Source: Octopus vulgaris (Eukaryota). Taken from it: 64,000 nt of DNA. Both the position numbers and the translations under genes were made by a program. Of this stretch, positions 59,659-64,000 are shown piece after piece; positions within the stretch are counted from its first letter, which is position 1, and each line of letters begins with the position of its first letter. The stretch spans positions 31,248,001 through 31,312,000 of the forward strand of contig OX597817.1 of the NCBI GenBank assembly GCA_951406725.2, read 5' to 3'. The notes under the pieces were generated by a model. The model worked only from the letters and a program-made list of their open reading frames with translations. It searched no databases and had not been told where the DNA came from.

Positions 59659-59933
59659 TTAAATTTGTAAAATTTTCATCACACTTCTGTGACCTTTCGA
59701 ATGATTTCAAATTCTCCGACACTATGTTATATTATAAACAGTAATGTAGATGTTTTTCAAGCTTGTGAGTGCAATGTATTACTGTTTTGTTTCATTATAC
59801 CAGTTTTTTGCCTTGTTTGGGTTTCATTGCGTATCTTAATTAGAAGGGTTTCATGATGAGCCCGATCTATGATGTAGAAGGTTGTTCGTTTCCACAGTAA
59901 TGTGATACTTGAGATTTTGTTTAGTTTACACTT

Positions 59934-60097
59934 GAGTGGCTGTGTGGTAAGTAGCTTGTTTACCAACCACATGGTTCCGGGTTCAGTCCCACTGCGTGGC
60001 ATCTTGGGCAAGTGTCTTCTGCTATAGCCCCGGGTCGACCAATGCCTTGTGAATGGATTTGGTAGACGGAAACTGAAAGAAGCCCGTCGTATATATG

Positions 60098-60138
<41 letters not shown>

Positions 60139-60361
60139 ATGTTTGTGTGTCTGTGTTTGTCCCCCTAGCATTGCTTGACAACTGATGCTGGTGTGTTTAC
60201 GCCCCCGTCACTTAGCAGTTCGGCAAAAGAGATCGATAGCATAAGTACTGGGCTTACAAAGAATAAGTCCCGGGGTCGATTTGCTCGACTAAAGGCGGTG
60301 CTCCAGCATGGCCGCAGTCAAATGACTGAAACAAGTAAAAGAGTAAAGAGTAAAAGAGTAA
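59934..60361 (+). mobile_element. SINE family A
   Basis: gagtggctgtgtggtaag ... gaaacaagtaaaagagtaaagagtaaaagagta. Confidence 0.92.
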
Positions 60362-60894
60362 TCTGATGGACTTCTAATGAATCTGATGAATCTCATGGAT
60401 TCTAGTTAACACTTAGAATCTTTGAGCTTATAAAATTGAAATTTTTAAAGCTTGGCGTGACCGAGTTTAGTTTAAATGGGTTAAAATTTGCTATAGATTG
60501 CACCAATAGGAATGGTTAATTCAAATATATTCAAATTCTTTCTACAATTTCGAACTTAACCTACACAATCAGTATTATTCTAACGATGTACAACAATACA
60601 AAACTAAGATGATTAAACATCTTTTCGAAAAATTTGCTAATCATACATATTAAAATCTCAAAATACATCATCCATCTATATCGCCATCTCTCTTGAACCA
60701 GTAACTTGTTAGGTGGGACCTACAAGTTCAATTTTATTCCATTAACGGTTTGAAATATTTCCATTTAAATGCTCCTAAAACGCTTTTCAATAGTTCTACG
60801 TAATGTATAACTCCATTCTTCCTACACATACGCATACTGTGTATATATCTGTGTGTGTGTGTGTGCATGAGTGTCTGTATGAGTCTATATATGT

Positions 60895-61178
60895 CTTTTT
60901 GCCGAACCGCTAAGTGACGGGGACGTAAACACACCAGCATCGGTTGTCAAGCAATGCTAGAGAAACAAACACAGACACACAAACACACACACACATACAT
61001 ACATATGTATATATATACATATATACGACAGGCTTCTTTCAGTTTCTATCAAATCCACTCACAAGGCATTGGTCGGCTATAGCAGAAGACACTTGCCCAA
61101 GATGCCACGCAGTGGGACTGAACCCGGAACCATGTGGTTGGTTAGCAAGCTACTTACCACACAGCCACTCCTGCTCCT
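60895..61178 (-). mobile_element. SINE family A, 3'-truncated
   Basis: Head and core are present; the tail is missing. Confidence 0.88.
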
Positions 61179-61402
61179 ATATATGTGTACATATATAATA
61201 AATTAAATAAAATGGGTGGCTTCTTAGCAATTAGAGCCCAAAGGCAAAATTAATAGAGGTCACAAAAGTGACAGAGGGCATTGACTAGCAGCGCTTTTGA
61301 TAAAGATAAGAGTTAGAACAACTGAAAAGCCAGAAAATCACTGTCTTAATGACTAAAAAAGAAGTTAAGTTCCCAGCGTATGTAGCCGGATCGCGACTTT
61401 AT

Positions 61403-61825
<423 letters not shown>

Positions 61826-62002
61826 TATTATATATACATATATATAAATGCATATATATATATATATATACACGCTTATATATATATATATATATATATA
61901 TATAACGGGAAGCTTTATGAAAATAAACAAAAGACGAAGGCAGGTGGAAAACAAACGAACAATTGTATTAGTATGGCGCTCAGGAAATATAAATAAAACA
62001 AG

Positions 62003-62040
62003 TCTTTAACGTTTCGAGCCTACGCTCTTCAACAGAAAGA
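62003..62040 (-). ncRNA. Minimal PLE-type hammerhead-like motif (variant core) in a ~200-bp element (61905-62107) within (TA)n
   Basis: UCUUU-CUGUUGA-A-GAGC GUAG GCUC-GAA-ACGU-U-AAAGA: stems I and II pair perfectly, stem III is palindromic, and A6 is replaced by U. Confidence 0.6.
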
Positions 62041-62107
62041 TACACAGAGAGAAAAAAACACAGAAAGAAGGAGAGAAAAAAATGCGTGCAGTAGCTAACG
62101 AATCAAC

Positions 62108-62138
<31 letters not shown>

Positions 62139-62162
62139 TATAAACACACATATATATACACG

Positions 62163-62221
<59 letters not shown>

Positions 62222-62804
62222 GCATACACACATATCGGTATAATAAACTTGTGATTCATAGCACTTGACTGATCGGTTCAAGACATAATTACAACGCACT
62301 CACTCTTCACACAATATAAAGCTGCATGTATAACTTCGAAAACATTTCCAAACAACTTTATTGTTTTTAATTCTGAATCATTTTCTATTCGGAAATTTCT
62401 CAATTTAATGAAGAGAACCCGGCTTAACCTAGCAACATTTCAATGGAGCCCTGCCCCTTGAAACACTGAAGATTCAAGTTGCAGATGGAAAACGATGCGT
62501 ACATCCGCTAATCTTATGTATGTATATAGCGCCTTCTCGACAGGCTATTGGTCTCACATCGGCAGAACATTGATAGTTTAAAACTCTGCCATGAAAGCAT
62601 AAGTAACCAATGCATTAATTTACACATTGACTAGTTTGCACATTGGCTATACCAATACACACATGCACAAACATGTGTGTGTAAACTTGTGTATACTTAT
62701 TTATACGTAAGTGGGTACTTGTCTTTCGAACAGCCTGCTGACGATGACTTCGCTGGTCGAAACTTCGAAGTGACTATCAGTGATATTCTTGCTTAAGAAT
62801 TATG

Positions 62805-62842
<38 letters not shown>

Positions 62843-63872
62843 CGTGCGTGTGTGCGTGTGTGAGTGTGTATGTATCTGTGTGTGTACACATGCTCAAACA
62901 TAAAATCTCAACACACACACACACACATCTGTATATGTGTGTGTGTGCGTGTGTGTGTGCTTCAGTTCGTATGTTTGTGCATGTGTGCATATATATATAT
63001 GTGTGTGTATGTATGTATGTAAGTATGTATGTATGTATGTATGTATGTATGTATGTATGTATGCATGCATGTATGTATATATGTATGCATGTATGTATGT
63101 ATATGCTGTATGACTAAATGTATGTAAATATATATATCTATATGCGTATGGATGCCTGTATGTCTTGATGAATGTACGCGTTTCGTCATCACTGAAGATT
63201 TATTCAAGATATTGGGTTAATATAATTACTCTCTGTCATCTCCAAAAGTTTTCGCCCGTTATTTACTAGTATCATATAAAACATGTATTTGTATTTTTCT
63301 CAACTTTATCGTGGTGCTGTAAAAAAATGACGTAGATATTAAGTAATGCTATCCAAAGATAATATCTTTACCACAACGCCGTATCGTTGTCTGTTCTGTG
63401 TCAGTCTGTCTTACTTTCTCGCTTTCTTTACACGTATACATGTGTGATTCTATCAGTACGTTCATGCGTGCGTGTCTGTGTGTGTGCGTGTGTGAGTCTG
63501 CGTAGATTTTTTTGTGTTGCTAACTGTATATATCTAAGTATTCCATACATACATACATGCATACATCCATATATACATGCATACAAACATACACACATGC
63601 ATACATATATACATACATACATTTAGTTATTTACTTTGATTTATATTGAACATTATGCAAATATACAAACGTCTATGCTCACATGCAAGAATATAGCATA
63701 TATGTGTGTATGTGTGTAAATGTGTGTGTGTAAGTGTATAAAAAAAGCATGTGGTGGTTGTTTATAAATGAGCAGTTTTTGATTTAAACTTTTGAGCTGA
63801 CAAGAGATCATCTACAAAAATTTAAGACTCATAGCTTAGTAGCGCGTACCATGCTTTCGCTAATTATTTCAG

Positions 63873-63992
63873 GTGCCTACGGAGCCATGAGCAAAAATAG
63901 GCAACCTCACGACTTTCCCATCCCCTTTGAGCCAGCGGCTCACCCAGGATATACCAGCGGAAAGGATAAAGATGTGCAGGAACGCTTGGCAG
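63873..63992 (+). CDS. Probable first coding exon of an unidentified host gene; ATG at 63887 gives MSKNRQPHDFPIPFEPAAHPGYTSGKDKDVQERLA(G)
   Basis: taattatttcag| acceptor, gcag|gtatt donor, 120 nt with an open frame, raised GC content and GCCATG Kozak context. Confidence 0.65.
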
Positions 63993-64000
63993 GTATTCTT

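Noticed and set aside
60362-60405. CTGATGA followed by a GAATC/GATTC hairpin
   Set aside because: It is a short local repeat with no GAAA core

Overview
AT-rich, microsatellite-dense eukaryotic DNA. The SINE families and repeat landscape strongly resemble an octopus/cephalopod genome (inference from pattern recognition, not from a search). Most of the window is decayed mobile DNA: Penelope-like elements (PLEs), R4/Dong-type RLE LINEs in (TAA)n tracts, CR1-like LINEs, a deleted Chapaev3-type transposon, a mariner, a Tigger-like MITE and three tRNA-derived SINE families. Almost all ORFs in the supplied track are microsatellite or TE artefacts. The only host-gene signal is on the + strand: a chain of apparently non-coding exons with a promoter-like island (about 42.9-49.0 kb) and a probable first coding exon at 63873-63992 (MSKNRQPHDFPIPFEPAAHPGY..., not recognised). 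The main finding is a set of short non-coding elements carrying hammerhead-ribozyme (HHR) folds, often in or beside (TA)n tracts. One is a canonical type I HHR (3446-3541, minus) inside a 536-bp retrozyme/pLTR-like unit; several unrelated elements keep HHR topology with altered cores. A second notable system is a structured ~555-nt non-coding element inserted repeatedly into one (AAT)n tract (54.6-57.3 kb). All coordinates were read by eye, and the boundaries of decayed TEs are approximate.
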